This document shows positions 47,542 through 58,194 of a DNA stretch of 64,000 bases, piece by piece. The stretch comes from an uncultured Deferribacteres bacterium (GTDB lineage Bacteria > Zhuqueibacterota > Zhuqueibacteria > Zhuqueibacterales > Geothermadaptataceae), in NCBI GenBank assembly GCA_964014485.1, contig CAXHAT010000001.1:1-64000 (forward strand), given 5' to 3'. Numbering within the stretch: the first letter of the stretch is position 1; each line of letters starts with the position of its first letter. The translations under genes and the position numbers were made by a program. The notes under the pieces were generated by a model. The model had not been told where the DNA came from. It worked only from the letters and a program-made list of their open reading frames with translations, and ran no database searches.

Positions 47542-50166
47542 TTGCTGCGACGCTTGAACAAAAACGCACCCCCCAAGATCGCCGAATGGCTGCTCACAAA
47601 ATTTTTTCCCGATAACGGCGAAGCCACTATGTCGGGAGATGCGGCTGAAGTTTTTCAAAGCTACGTCGAGCAATACGGTCGACGGCGAGCAAAACTGTGG
47701 TACTGGGGACAGGTTTTAGCAGCGACGCCGTCGTGGGTGATGAACGGCTTTTATTGGAGGACGGTCATGTTTGCAAACTACGTGAAAATCGCCTTGCGCA
47801 ACCTGCGGCGGCAAAAAGGCTATGCGTTCATTAACATTGCGGGGCTGGCTATTGGCGTTGCCGCGTGCCTGCTCATCGTTCTTTACGTCCGGCACGAGCT
47901 CAGCTACGACCGTTTTCACAAAAAAGCGGAGAGAATTTATCGCGTTGCATCGCAGCGCAGCACTGGACAAGCGGTTGAACGTATTGCAAAAGCGCCATTC
48001 CCGGCGGCGCGGACGCTTGCTAACAATCTCCCGGAAATCGAGCAATCCGTCCGTTTGTTTCGTGCTACTAACGGCGCAAGCGTGTCATTGGCCGAGGATC
48101 GATATACCGAGATGCAGTTCTACTTTGCTGATCCGGGCTTTTTTGAACTGTTTGACTTTCCGCTCATACGCGGCGAACGCTCCGCAGTTTTGGCGCAGCC
48201 GGACGCCATGGTAATCACCAAGAAAATCGCACAAAAGTACTTCGGCGATCAAAATCCCGTCGGCAAACGCTTGAACGTGCGGCTGGTCGGTCGGGAAGAA
48301 GATTTTGTCATCACCGGCGTGGTTGAAAAAACGGGGCGACCGTCTCACATCGACTTCGATTTTCTCATTTCCTTCGAATCGAGCCTCAATCTTTGGGACG
48401 TCATGCACGGCGGCGAATGGGACGCCGGCATTCTCGGCGCCTGGACGTACCTGCTGCTTGGGGACGGCGCATCAGCCGATGACCTTGAACGCAAGCTCCC
48501 CGAGCTCGTTCGCAGCCACGCTCAAGCTTCAGTACAGAATCGAATATCATTTTTTCTACAGCCTCTGACAGACGTCCATCTCAATTCTCAACTCCGCGGC
48601 GAAATTGGAACGAACGGCAACATCCTTTACATTTATCTTTTTTCGATTATCGCTTTTCTTGTGCTGCTGATCGCGTGCATCAATTTTATGAATTTGGCGA
48701 CGGCGCGTTCAATGCGACGGGCGAAAGAGGTCGGCATGCGCAAAACCCTCGGCGCGCAAAAGCAACAATTGGTGCGGCAGTTTTTGGGCGAATCATTGGT
48801 CGTTAGCTTCATCGCCGTCGTACTAGCTGTATTGATCGTTTACCTCACTCTGCCCTGGTTTTCCGCCTTAATCGGACAGTCGCTGCAATTTGACGCCGGC
48901 GACGGATTTTTGATTTTAAGCCTGCTCGGGTTTTGCCTGCTTACCGGCGTGCTCGCAGGCGGCTACCCAGCGTTTTTTCTGTCAAAATTCAAACCTGTGA
49001 ACGCACTCAAAAGCGCGCTAAGCGTTAGCCGCGACGGTCATTCAACACTGCGCAAAATTCTGGTCGCGGCGCAATTTTCCGTTGCCGTCGCCTTGCTCAG
49101 TAGTTTGGCAATTATCTCCAACCAGCTCGATTTCCTGCGCCATAAAGAGCTTGGCTTCAACAAAGAAGAGTTGCTCGTCATTACCGGACGGGTCGGGGTC
49201 AATTACGAGACGTTCAAAAACGCATTACAACAAGACTCGCGTATTCTCGGCGTCACCGCTGCGGCGCGCATCCCCGGCGGGCGGCCTTTGCCGAGCAATC
49301 TTTTTTACCGGCAAGGTCAAAATAAAGAGGCGGGCTTGACCATGGATTGGCTGCACGTCGATCAAGATTTCTTGCAAACCTTCGAACTCGAGTTGCTCCA
49401 GGGCGCCAATTTCACTGAAGAAGATCCGGACGGCGCGATTCTCAACGAAACGGCGGCGCAGTTGCTCGCCTTCGCGAAAAGCCCGCTCGGCAGAACGATC
49501 ATCCAGGTTGACGATCTCAAAAGAATACGCGAACGCCGGGTCATTGGGATTGTCAAAGACGTCCATTTCGAATCATTACACACACAAGTCAAACCGTTAG
49601 TCATGACGGGCGAGGGACGAGGGCGCTCACGCATTGTCGTCCGCATCGCAGCCGGAGATGTTTCCGGCGCGCTTGATCATATCCGCGCGGCGTGGCAAAC
49701 TATCCCGCAAAGTCGCGAGTGGCCGCTCGATTTTTTCTTCGTCGATCAGGAACTCGAAAATCTCTACCAACAGGAAGAACGCCTCAGCAACATGGTGCAA
49801 TCCTTTTCCGGGTTAGCAATGTTGGTGTCTTGTCTCGGCTTGTTCGGTCTGGCGGCTTATTCCGCGGAGCAACGCACCAAAGAGATTGGCATTCGCAAAG
49901 TCTTCGGCGCTTCGATTGGGCGCGTGATGGTTTTGCTGTCAAAAGAATTCATCTGGCTGATCGGCGCCGCGTTTGTCATCGCCGCACCGATCAGTTTTGT
50001 CTTGATGCAAAGCTGGCTGCAGGGCTTCGCCTACCGTGCGGAAATCACGCTCGGGGCGTTTCTTTGGGCGGGCGGGCTCGCCGCGCTCATCGCGGGACTG
50101 ACGATCAGCTTTCAAACGATCAAAGCCGCAGTCGCCAACCCAATCGAAAGCCTGCGACATGAGTAG
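47542..50166 (+). CDS. FtsX/MacB-type duplicated ABC permease with prefix domain, copy 2
   Basis: PPKIAE prefix; ACINFMNLATARS..RAKEVG.RK; NPIESLRHE end. Confidence 0.92.
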   Translation: MLRRLNKNAPPKIAEWLLTKFFPDNGEATMSGDAAEVFQSYVEQYGRRRAKLWYWGQVLAATPSWVMNGFYWRTVMFANYVKIALRNLRRQKGYAFINIAGLAIGVAACLLIVLYVRHELSYDRFHKKAERIYRVASQRSTGQAVERIAKAPFPAARTLANNLPEIEQSVRLFRATNGASVSLAEDRYTEMQFYFADPGFFELFDFPLIRGERSAVLAQPDAMVITKKIAQKYFGDQNPVGKRLNVRLVGREEDFVITGVVEKTGRPSHIDFDFLISFESSLNLWDVMHGGEWDAGILGAWTYLLLGDGASADDLERKLPELVRSHAQASVQNRISFFLQPLTDVHLNSQLRGEIGTNGNILYIYLFSIIAFLVLLIACINFMNLATARSMRRAKEVGMRKTLGAQKQQLVRQFLGESLVVSFIAVVLAVLIVYLTLPWFSALIGQSLQFDAGDGFLILSLLGFCLLTGVLAGGYPAFFLSKFKPVNALKSALSVSRDGHSTLRKILVAAQFSVAVALLSSLAIISNQLDFLRHKELGFNKEELLVITGRVGVNYETFKNALQQDSRILGVTAAARIPGGRPLPSNLFYRQGQNKEAGLTMDWLHVDQDFLQTFELELLQGANFTEEDPDGAILNETAAQLLAFAKSPLGRTIIQVDDLKRIRERRVIGIVKDVHFESLHTQVKPLVMTGEGRGRSRIVVRIAAGDVSGALDHIRAAWQTIPQSREWPLDFFFVDQELENLYQQEERLSNMVQSFSGLAMLVSCLGLFGLAAYSAEQRTKEIGIRKVFGASIGRVMVLLSKEFIWLIGAAFVIAAPISFVLMQSWLQGFAYRAEITLGAFLWAGGLAALIAGLTISFQTIKAAVANPIESLRHE

Positions 50167-50261
50167 TTTTGGTTCGACAAGGCGTCGTTGACAGAATTAA
50201 TTGTCTCATAATTTTTCCTTCAATCGTTCTGAACGAACACATTGCCACAATTTAAACCAGG

Positions 50262-52859
50262 ATGCCAAACTACAAAAAGCCGCCAAAATTCGCCGAGTGG
50301 CTGCTCGCGCACATGTTTTCCGATAACGGAGAATCGACCGGCGCCGGAGACGTTGGCGAAGTTTACCAAAGCGTACGACAAGAATACGGGCGGCTTTACG
50401 CTTTCGGCTGGTACTGGCAGCAAACATTGCGAGCGCTGCCGCCTTTTTTCGAAAACACTTTTTATTGGAGCGCCGTGATGTTCAAAAATTATTTCAAAAT
50501 GGCCTGGCGCAGCTTGCTGCGCGACAAGCTTTCGGCAGTGATCAACATCGTTGGGCTGTCGCTTGCCGTCGGCTGCGGACTGGTGGCCTTTTCTTTGGTC
50601 GATCACCAGTACACAATGGATGATTTTCACCAAAACGCTGAATCGGTGTTCGTGGTGCAAAACATCATCAACCGCGACGGGCGTTTGCTGCACTGGGGCG
50701 ACGGACCGTTCCCGATGGCCCCGGCGTTGAAGGCCGATTTCCCGCAAGTAAAAGCTGCGGCGCGCGCCCGCTATCGTCGCGGCGTCGTGCGTTACGGCGA
50801 CAAGGTTTTCAATGAGCGCATCATCTTTGCCGATCCCGATTATTTGGAAATATTGACTTTCCCGTTAAAATGGGGCGACGCGAATCCACTCGAAACCCCA
50901 AACGCCGTCGTGCTAAGTGAAGAAATTGCGATCAAGTATTTTGGCCACACAAATCCAGTCGGCGAGCAAATCGCACTTACTTTCGAAAACCAGCGCACGG
51001 AGAGCTTTTTCGTACAGGGCGTTGCGAAAAATTTTCCGCTCAAGTCGAGCTTCACGTTTACGATTCTTGTTCCATTTGAGGCGCAATTCACCGCCGGAGT
51101 TGTACCGGAAGAAGAGCGAAGCAACTGGGAGCGTTTTACGACGGCCACGTTTGTGCAACTGCACGACGCTCGTGATCTCGCCGTCTTGGAATCGGGGATG
51201 GACAAGTACATAAATCTGCAAAACGCGGTAAGCAAAGATTGGCCGGCGCACGCCTTCCACTTCGAACCGCTCACAACGCTGGCGCAAAACAGTTTCGATA
51301 AGCGTTCGAATTTCGCCAGGGGCGCTCACCCCGCCGGACTCATCACAATTTCCTTGATCGCTCTCATTCTCATCGCATTAGCCTGTTTCAATTACGTCAA
51401 CATCGCCGTTGTTTCGGCAACGCGGCGATTGAAGGAAATCGGCATTCGCAAAGTCGTCGGCAGCAATCGGGGGCAGCTCGTGCGCCAGTTTCTCAGTGAA
51501 AATCTTTTGATTTGTATGATCGCGCTCATTGCGGGGGGCGTGCTGGCGGAATTCATTTTTCTTCCCGGCTTCAATCAACTGCTCGCCGTCGATGGCGTGA
51601 CGTTAGAGCTTGAGTACCTGACCAATCCGGCGCTTTGGGGATTCTTTCTGATTTTGTTAATTTTGACGGGTCTTGGCTCCGGCGCTTACCCGGCGTTCTA
51701 TATTTCTGCATTTAAGCCGGTCAATATATTTCGCGACAAACTGCAATTTGGCAGGAAAAACCGTTTCATGCGCATCCTGCTTGCGTGCCAATTCGCCTTC
51801 TCGTTCATAGCCATTTTCGCCGGAATTGTGATGACGCAAAACGCGCAATACCAGAAAACGCTCGATTGGGGTTACGACCAGGCGCAAACAATCGTCGTGC
51901 CGCTGCAAGGCGAAAAATTCGCGACGCTCAAAAACGAAGTCAGCCAGAATCCGGACGTTATCCAAATCGCCGGATCGCTCATGCATGTTGGCCGCGCCAG
52001 CATACTCAAAGTTGTCAAGCACATCGACAAGCAATATGAAATTAATACAATTGGCGCTGGCTTCAATTATCTCGAAACGCTTGGGCTGCGTTTAAAAAAC
52101 GGGCGTTTTTTCAATCGCGAATTCGGAACGGACGCGCAAGAAGCGCTGATTGTCAACGAAACGTTCGTCAAGCGTCTCGGCTGGGAAAGCGCCTTAAATC
52201 AGCGCGTGGAAGTTGACAGCGTGATGTACAGCGTGGTCGGCGTTGTTGAAGATTTTCATCAGGACGATTTTTACGAGGAGATTCCGCCGATGATGTTTCG
52301 CATAACGCCGGAAGAAAATTTCAGATTTCTTTCAGCGCGCATTCAGGCGGGTCGGGCAATGGAAACGGAAGTTTTTATCGAAGAAACCTGGCGAAGGCTT
52401 TTCCCGGATCAGCCCTACCAGGCGTTTTTTCAAGACAGCTTGTTTGAGGGATTTTTTCGCGAAATTACCGGACACATGCAAATCATGATGTTTACGGCGG
52501 CTCTTGGCTTGATCCTCTCATGCATGGGCTTGTTTGGGTTGGTTTCTTTGAGTGTGGCGAAACGGATGAAGGAGTTGAGCATTCGCAAAGTTCTTGGGGC
52601 GCCGCTTTCGCACGTCATTCGTTTGCTCAACAAAGATTTCGTCTGGCTGCTCGGCGCCGCTTCAATTGTCGGCGCGCCGCTTGGTTATTTTATGATGAAA
52701 AGCCTCATCGAAACGATCTACAAGTACCACGCGACCATAGACGCAACGCCATTCGTTTTGGCCGTCGGCTGTCTTTTTCTCACAGCATTCCTGACGGTTT
52801 CTTCGCAGATTTTTAAAGTGGCTTCGACAAACCCGGTTGACAGCTTGCGCAGCGAGTAG
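50262..52859 (+). CDS. FtsX/MacB-type duplicated ABC permease with prefix domain, copy 3
   Basis: PPKFAE prefix; ACFNYVNI..RRLKEIG.RK; NPVDSLRSE end. Confidence 0.92.
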   Translation: MPNYKKPPKFAEWLLAHMFSDNGESTGAGDVGEVYQSVRQEYGRLYAFGWYWQQTLRALPPFFENTFYWSAVMFKNYFKMAWRSLLRDKLSAVINIVGLSLAVGCGLVAFSLVDHQYTMDDFHQNAESVFVVQNIINRDGRLLHWGDGPFPMAPALKADFPQVKAAARARYRRGVVRYGDKVFNERIIFADPDYLEILTFPLKWGDANPLETPNAVVLSEEIAIKYFGHTNPVGEQIALTFENQRTESFFVQGVAKNFPLKSSFTFTILVPFEAQFTAGVVPEEERSNWERFTTATFVQLHDARDLAVLESGMDKYINLQNAVSKDWPAHAFHFEPLTTLAQNSFDKRSNFARGAHPAGLITISLIALILIALACFNYVNIAVVSATRRLKEIGIRKVVGSNRGQLVRQFLSENLLICMIALIAGGVLAEFIFLPGFNQLLAVDGVTLELEYLTNPALWGFFLILLILTGLGSGAYPAFYISAFKPVNIFRDKLQFGRKNRFMRILLACQFAFSFIAIFAGIVMTQNAQYQKTLDWGYDQAQTIVVPLQGEKFATLKNEVSQNPDVIQIAGSLMHVGRASILKVVKHIDKQYEINTIGAGFNYLETLGLRLKNGRFFNREFGTDAQEALIVNETFVKRLGWESALNQRVEVDSVMYSVVGVVEDFHQDDFYEEIPPMMFRITPEENFRFLSARIQAGRAMETEVFIEETWRRLFPDQPYQAFFQDSLFEGFFREITGHMQIMMFTAALGLILSCMGLFGLVSLSVAKRMKELSIRKVLGAPLSHVIRLLNKDFVWLLGAASIVGAPLGYFMMKSLIETIYKYHATIDATPFVLAVGCLFLTAFLTVSSQIFKVASTNPVDSLRSE

Positions 52860-52886
52860 AGTAGCACATTCGATAAACGCGTTGTC

Positions 52887-52914
52887 GTAGAGACGCGATG
52901 CATCGCGTCTCTAC
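52887..52914. repeat. GTAG-type REP palindrome
   Basis: Perfect 28-bp palindrome GTAGAGACGCGATGCATCGCGTCTCTAC between convergent genes. Confidence 0.8.
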
Positions 52915-52929
52915 CCAGGTTAAAATCTA

Positions 52930-54639
52930 TTATTGTTGATACACAATTTTGCCGTCTAAAATTGTATAAACGACTTGCGTTGACGGAATGTCGTCTTCCG
53001 GGATCGTCATGATATCCTGAGACAAAACGACGACGTCGGCCAGCTTGCCGGGGGTGATTGAACCCTTGGAGTCTTCCTCAAACGCTGCGTAAGCGTTGTT
53101 CAAAGTATAGGTTTTTAATGCTTCCTCGCGGGTCAAACTTTGGGCGGGATGAAATTTCTCGCCGTTGTTCATTTTGCGAGCAACGGTCGAGTAAAAACTC
53201 TCGATGGGGCTGACGTCTTCAACAGGAACGTCTGTGCCGTTCGTGATTGTCGCACCGCTGTCCCACAAATCTCTCCAAAGGTACGACGTTTCTTTTGTAC
53301 GCGCATCTCCGAGGCGTTTTGGAATCCATGGGCCGTCGGACGTACAGTGCACGCCTTGCACGGAAGCGATGACGCCGAGTCCTGCGAAACGCGGCACGTC
53401 GTTAGGATGCACGTGTTGCGCATGTTCAATACGCCAGCGCAGATCGTCTGAATTCTCCGCCGTCGCGAAGATTTTTTCATAAATATCCAGCACTTCACGA
53501 TTCGCCCGGTCGCCAATGGCGTGAGTATTGACCTGAAATCCGTGCTCAACGGCGATTTCGCAAGTCCGCGTCACTTCTTCGACTGGCTCCAGAACCAGGC
53601 CGGTGTTATCGGCCAAATCTTCGTACGGCTCCAACAACCAGGCGCCATGCGCGCCCAAAGCGCCGTCAATTTGTCGCTTGATTGAGCGAACGGTCAGAAA
53701 ATCACCGCCGTGACCGATCATGCGATAGCTCGGCAGTTTTTCCGCCATCTCGTCGTTGGTCTGAAAGCGAACCATCACATAAAGGCGAACAGGGAGTTTG
53801 CCGTCATCGGCAAGCATTTTGAAAAAATCGATGGTTTCAAAAGAAGTGCCGGCGTCGTGGAACGTCGTCACGCCTTTTGAGAGCGCTTCTTCACCGGCAA
53901 GACGAACTTGCTCTTCCGCTTCGGCTTGCAGTTCCGCCGGAGACCGGGAAGCCTGATATTCTGCGATGGCTTTTCCAACCAACCCCTGAGCTTTTTCGCG
54001 CAGCAATCCCGTTGGCTCGTTGTTCGCACTGCGGACAATGGTTCCTCCGGAAGGATCGGTGCTGGCGGCTGAGATTCCAGCCGCTTCAAGTGCGGCGGCG
54101 TTGGCGAAAGAAGCATGACCGCTGGCATGACCAAGGTAGACGGGATTTTCTCGCGAGACGGCGGAGAGCGTGTGGTGCGTCGGTACACCGTCGACGCTGC
54201 CGGAAGGCGTGGAGTCCCATTTTTCCTGATGCCAGCCGCGCCCAAAAATCCATTCTCCAGGCTTGGCGTTTTTTGCGGCGTCTGAGACCATTTGCACAAT
54301 TTCGCGCCAATTTTTGACCTTGGTTAAGTCGAGCACCATCTTCGCGCGTCCCAAACTTGTAAAGTGCCCGTGTCCTTCAATAAAGCCGGGGACTGCCAAT
54401 TTGCCGCCCAGATCGACGACTTCCGTCGAGCCGCCAACCATTGCCTGAATTTCCTCGTTTGATCCGACGGCCATGATTTTGTTCCCTGAAATCGCAACGG
54501 CTTGCGCTTCCGGGCGGCTCTCGTCAACCGTGACGATTTTTCCGTTTTTCAAGACGAGATCAGCCTTGTTCGCGCCCTGCTCGCAACCGAAAAACAGCCC
54601 AAGCATAACTGCGAATGCGATGAACATCTTTTTTGACAT
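52930..54639 (-). CDS. YtcJ-like amidohydrolase lipoprotein
   Basis: GGAGG SD; FFG-C lipobox; PGFIEGHGH, DGALG, HAIGDRAN, RIEHAQ and GTD.PVE motifs. Confidence 0.93.
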   Translation of the reverse strand: MSKKMFIAFAVMLGLFFGCEQGANKADLVLKNGKIVTVDESRPEAQAVAISGNKIMAVGSNEEIQAMVGGSTEVVDLGGKLAVPGFIEGHGHFTSLGRAKMVLDLTKVKNWREIVQMVSDAAKNAKPGEWIFGRGWHQEKWDSTPSGSVDGVPTHHTLSAVSRENPVYLGHASGHASFANAAALEAAGISAASTDPSGGTIVRSANNEPTGLLREKAQGLVGKAIAEYQASRSPAELQAEAEEQVRLAGEEALSKGVTTFHDAGTSFETIDFFKMLADDGKLPVRLYVMVRFQTNDEMAEKLPSYRMIGHGGDFLTVRSIKRQIDGALGAHGAWLLEPYEDLADNTGLVLEPVEEVTRTCEIAVEHGFQVNTHAIGDRANREVLDIYEKIFATAENSDDLRWRIEHAQHVHPNDVPRFAGLGVIASVQGVHCTSDGPWIPKRLGDARTKETSYLWRDLWDSGATITNGTDVPVEDVSPIESFYSTVARKMNNGEKFHPAQSLTREEALKTYTLNNAYAAFEEDSKGSITPGKLADVVVLSQDIMTIPEDDIPSTQVVYTILDGKIVYQQ

Positions 54640-54697
54640 TTCCAACCTCCGATTCAATGATAGTTTTTGTATGGCAGCCGGTCGTAATGACTAACCA

Positions 54698-54860
54698 TGT
54701 CATTCCGAGCGAATTTTTCCAAAAATTTTGAGCGCGCTCCTTTCACAGGACGTTTTCCAGGGCTGATGTCCGCCTTCCGAAAGGAGGTTCAAATACGTTC
54801 AAAGCGCCTGTTCCCGGCGGCAAGCCCGCACTCCGATGCAAACTCGCGCTCGGAATGACA
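54698..54860. repeat. 163-bp element bounded by 14-bp inverted repeats (TGTCATTCCGAGCG)
   Basis: tgtcattccgagcg ... cgctcggaatgaca with internal hairpins. Confidence 0.7.
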
Positions 54861-54905
54861 CGAATAGCAGTTGCCGGTTTAACTGAATTTACACAATATT
54901 TGACG

Positions 54906-55595
54906 TTAAAGTCGGTTGTGATCGGCAAAACTGTAATAGTCGTCGCTGCCGATGATGAGATGATCGACCACATGAACGTCGATGCTGTTGCATGCGTTTT
55001 TGAGGATTTGGGTGACGCGGACGTCAGCTTCGGACGGAGAAGTTTCGCCGCTGGGATGGTTGTGCAGGAAGATAACTTGCGCCGCGCCGGATTGAATGAT
55101 AGACTTAACCACTTCTCGCGGAGCAACCATGCTCTCGGTCACGCTGCCGTGAAACAGCGCCTTTTCTTCAATGACCCGGTTTCGCGAGGTCAAGTGCATC
55201 ACGCTGAAAACTTCTTTCTTCAAATCGCGATATTTCAGATGCACGAGATTGTAAGCGTCCCGGCTTGAGTTCACGGCGGGTTGAAATCCGCTTTCCTGCT
55301 GTGCGAGTCGTTTGCCAATCGCAATGGCGGCTTTGATTTGCGCCGCTTTCGCCACGCCAATGCCGGGCACTTCGGTAACGTCTTCAATGTCGATTCGATC
55401 AATTCCGCGAAAGCCGCCGCATTGCTGCAAAATTTTGCGCGCCAAATCGATAGCGGAAAGGTTTTTCACGCCAACGCGCAGAATAATCGCAAGCAGTTCC
55501 GCGTCTGAAAGCGCTTCAGGCCCAAGCTTCGTCAGTTTTTCTCGCGGGCGGTCATCTTCCGGCCAGTCCGCAATGCGTGTACGATACATTTGCAC
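54906..55595 (-). CDS. radC: RadC/JAB-domain protein
   Basis: DRPREKL...G..ALSD.ELLAI, HhH motif, HNHPSG...PS..D and DHLII. Confidence 0.95.
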   Translation of the reverse strand: MQMYRTRIADWPEDDRPREKLTKLGPEALSDAELLAIILRVGVKNLSAIDLARKILQQCGGFRGIDRIDIEDVTEVPGIGVAKAAQIKAAIAIGKRLAQQESGFQPAVNSSRDAYNLVHLKYRDLKKEVFSVMHLTSRNRVIEEKALFHGSVTESMVAPREVVKSIIQSGAAQVIFLHNHPSGETSPSEADVRVTQILKNACNSIDVHVVDHLIIGSDDYYSFADHNRL

Positions 55596-55637
55596 CTACT
55601 TTTGCGTCGCCCCAAAGCAGGCAAGGCTCATTCTTAA

Positions 55638-58184
55638 TCAATCGAGGTTTTTCCAGTAAATCAAGCCAAGCTCGTGTCTGTGCGAAAGCGTGTTGTCTTT
55701 GGGTGAAACGCGAAGTTTAAAGTTGCTCTCGCCATTGATCTCCGTTTCGGCGTAAAGCGTAAAATGCGCCGACGTATGATCGGGAGCGCCGTTTTTCAGC
55801 GGCAAAACAAACGGCTCCTTTTTCGCGCCGTTGAGTTCATCGGCGCAATACAGCTCGACCTGCACTTGATTCGGCGCCAAATCACCCAAATACAAATCCG
55901 CTTTTACGTCGACGATGCTTTTGTCGCCGTTACGCTCAATATTCGACCAAATAGAGACAAAATGCACCAGCGGCCAATTGTCCCGCAACATCGCTTTTCG
56001 ATTAAAAAATTCTTCAGACGCGCCTGCTTCAAGAGCTAAAGCGCGTCCGCGCACGATGGCCGGAGCATAAAGCTTCTGAAAATAGTTTTGCACCATCGTA
56101 TGCGTGTTGAACGCCGGCGTTACGGTCGCCATTGACGATTTGATCAACTTTTCCCAGCTCCTGCCGTCATCAAATGCGCCGTCGTAATAGAGTGGAGAAA
56201 TTTCATTTTCCAGCATTTCATAAAGCGAGATCATGTCCTCATAATCTTGCGCGTCCCTATCATCGTAACGCAACGGCGAACCGATCTTCCAGCCGTTCTG
56301 ACCGTCATAAGCTTCGGGCCACCATCCGTCGAGAATGCTAAAATTGGCGCCTGCGTTGATCGGAACTTTTTGGCCGCTGGTGCCGCTGGCTTCCTGCGGA
56401 CGACGCGGATTGTTGAGCCAGACGTCCACGCCCTGCACCAACATTCTGCCCATCGCCATATCGTAATTTTCGAGAATAACGATTTTTCCTCGAAATTCAT
56501 CCCGCTGGGAAATGTTCCAGATTTCACGAATAAGCGCTTGTCCCATTTGGTCAGCCGGGTGCGCCTTACCCGCAAAAATAAACTGGACCGGTCGGTCTGG
56601 ATTATTGACAATTTTGTTCAACCGTTCCAGATCACGAAACATGAGCGTTGCACGTTTGTAGGTTGCGAACCGTCGTGCAAATCCAATTGTCAGCGCGTCG
56701 GGATTCATCGTGTGAGCGGCGCTTTGTATTTCTTCATCACTGCGACCATGCCGCCTCGCCTGCTCAACTCGCCTCCGAGCGATAAACTGAAATAACCTTT
56801 CTTTGCACCCCCGTTTGGCACGGTTAAGTTCATCAAAAGGAATTTCCTGAATTTTAGCCCAAAAATCATTGTCCGGTAAATGGTCTTCCCAATTTTCAGC
56901 CAAAAACCGTGAGTAGAGATCGGCGATTTCCGGTGCAATCCATGTCCGGGTATGAATGCCGTTGGTAACGCCCGTGATTGGATTTTCGTACTGCGGCACG
57001 TCCGGCCAAAGGTGCGCCCACATTTCTTGTGACACGCGCTTGTGCAGCATACTGACTCCATTGCTTGCGCTGCTCAAACGAAGCGCAAAAACAGTCATGC
57101 TGAAAAACTTTTCGCCATGCTCCCCAGACTGCACGCCGAGCTTCATGAAGTCGCGCAAATTGATGTTGCGATCGCCGCAAAACTGTCGGAAATACTTGTC
57201 GATGAGCGGCAGCGAAAAGGCTTCGTTGCCTGCAGGAACCGGCGTATGTGTGGTAAAAACCGTATTTGCCCTCACGATCTCACAGGCTTTTTCAAACGTC
57301 GTGTGTTCTTCGGCCATGCATTCGTGGACGCGCTGCAAATTTAAAAACGCCACATGTCCTTCGTTCATATGCCAAACGGCAGGTTCGATTTCCAGCGCTC
57401 GCAAGAGGTGAACCCCGCCGACCCCAAGCAGAATTTCCTGCGAAATGCGCATCTCGCGATCACCGCCGTAAAGTTGGTGCGTTATCGATCGATCCGCGTC
57501 GTTGTTTTGTTCAAAATCCGTGTCCAGCAAAAGCAGTTTTGAGCGTCCCGCCTCCGCCAACCAAACACGCGCCGCCACGCGCCGTTCAGGAAAATCTACG
57601 GAAATGATTAAATCGCTCCCGTCATTGGCATGAATGCGACGCACTGGAAGCTGGTCAAAATCAAAAGTGTGGTAGACGGCGTGCTGGTTGCCTTCGCCGT
57701 CAATTTGCTGCAAAAAATACCCGTTTCGATAAAGCATGCCGATAGCGACGAACGGCAAGCCAAGATCGCTGGCGGATTTCAAATGATCTCCGGCCAATAC
57801 GCCTAACCCGCCTGAGTAAATCGGCAGACATTCGTGAATGCCGTATTCCGTGCAAAAATAAGCAATTACGTCGTCTTGTTTGTCGGCGTGATTTTGCTGC
57901 AGCCATGCGCTTTTCGAAAGTTCATTTTGCAGCATCGCGGAAACGCTTGAGAGCTGCGTCAAGAAAGCGTTGTCATTCGCCAAATTTTGCAGACGCTCCT
58001 CAGAAGTCGCTCGGAGCATTGCGACAGGGTTTTGAGATTCTTGCCAGAATTCGGGGTTTATCGATTCGAAAAGCCTTTTCGGCTCTTCCCGCCAAGTCCA
58101 CCAGAGATTATAGGCCAGCGCTTCCAGGTCGCGAAGGGCTTCCGGGAGTTTGAGATTCGTATCCGCAACGTTCAGATTATTCAT
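55638..58184 (-). CDS. glgP: Alpha-glucan (glycogen) phosphorylase
   Basis: YSGGLGVLAGD, MNEGH, GFARRFATYKR and EASGTSGQK PLP motif. Confidence 0.96.
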   Translation of the reverse strand: MNNLNVADTNLKLPEALRDLEALAYNLWWTWREEPKRLFESINPEFWQESQNPVAMLRATSEERLQNLANDNAFLTQLSSVSAMLQNELSKSAWLQQNHADKQDDVIAYFCTEYGIHECLPIYSGGLGVLAGDHLKSASDLGLPFVAIGMLYRNGYFLQQIDGEGNQHAVYHTFDFDQLPVRRIHANDGSDLIISVDFPERRVAARVWLAEAGRSKLLLLDTDFEQNNDADRSITHQLYGGDREMRISQEILLGVGGVHLLRALEIEPAVWHMNEGHVAFLNLQRVHECMAEEHTTFEKACEIVRANTVFTTHTPVPAGNEAFSLPLIDKYFRQFCGDRNINLRDFMKLGVQSGEHGEKFFSMTVFALRLSSASNGVSMLHKRVSQEMWAHLWPDVPQYENPITGVTNGIHTRTWIAPEIADLYSRFLAENWEDHLPDNDFWAKIQEIPFDELNRAKRGCKERLFQFIARRRVEQARRHGRSDEEIQSAAHTMNPDALTIGFARRFATYKRATLMFRDLERLNKIVNNPDRPVQFIFAGKAHPADQMGQALIREIWNISQRDEFRGKIVILENYDMAMGRMLVQGVDVWLNNPRRPQEASGTSGQKVPINAGANFSILDGWWPEAYDGQNGWKIGSPLRYDDRDAQDYEDMISLYEMLENEISPLYYDGAFDDGRSWEKLIKSSMATVTPAFNTHTMVQNYFQKLYAPAIVRGRALALEAGASEEFFNRKAMLRDNWPLVHFVSIWSNIERNGDKSIVDVKADLYLGDLAPNQVQVELYCADELNGAKKEPFVLPLKNGAPDHTSAHFTLYAETEINGESNFKLRVSPKDNTLSHRHELGLIYWKNLD

Positions 58185-58194
58185 GAATTCCCTT

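Noticed and set aside
54770..54805. Hammerhead ribozyme core
   Set aside because: ctgatgt is not CTGATGA, and GAAA lies in a tetraloop rather than the core
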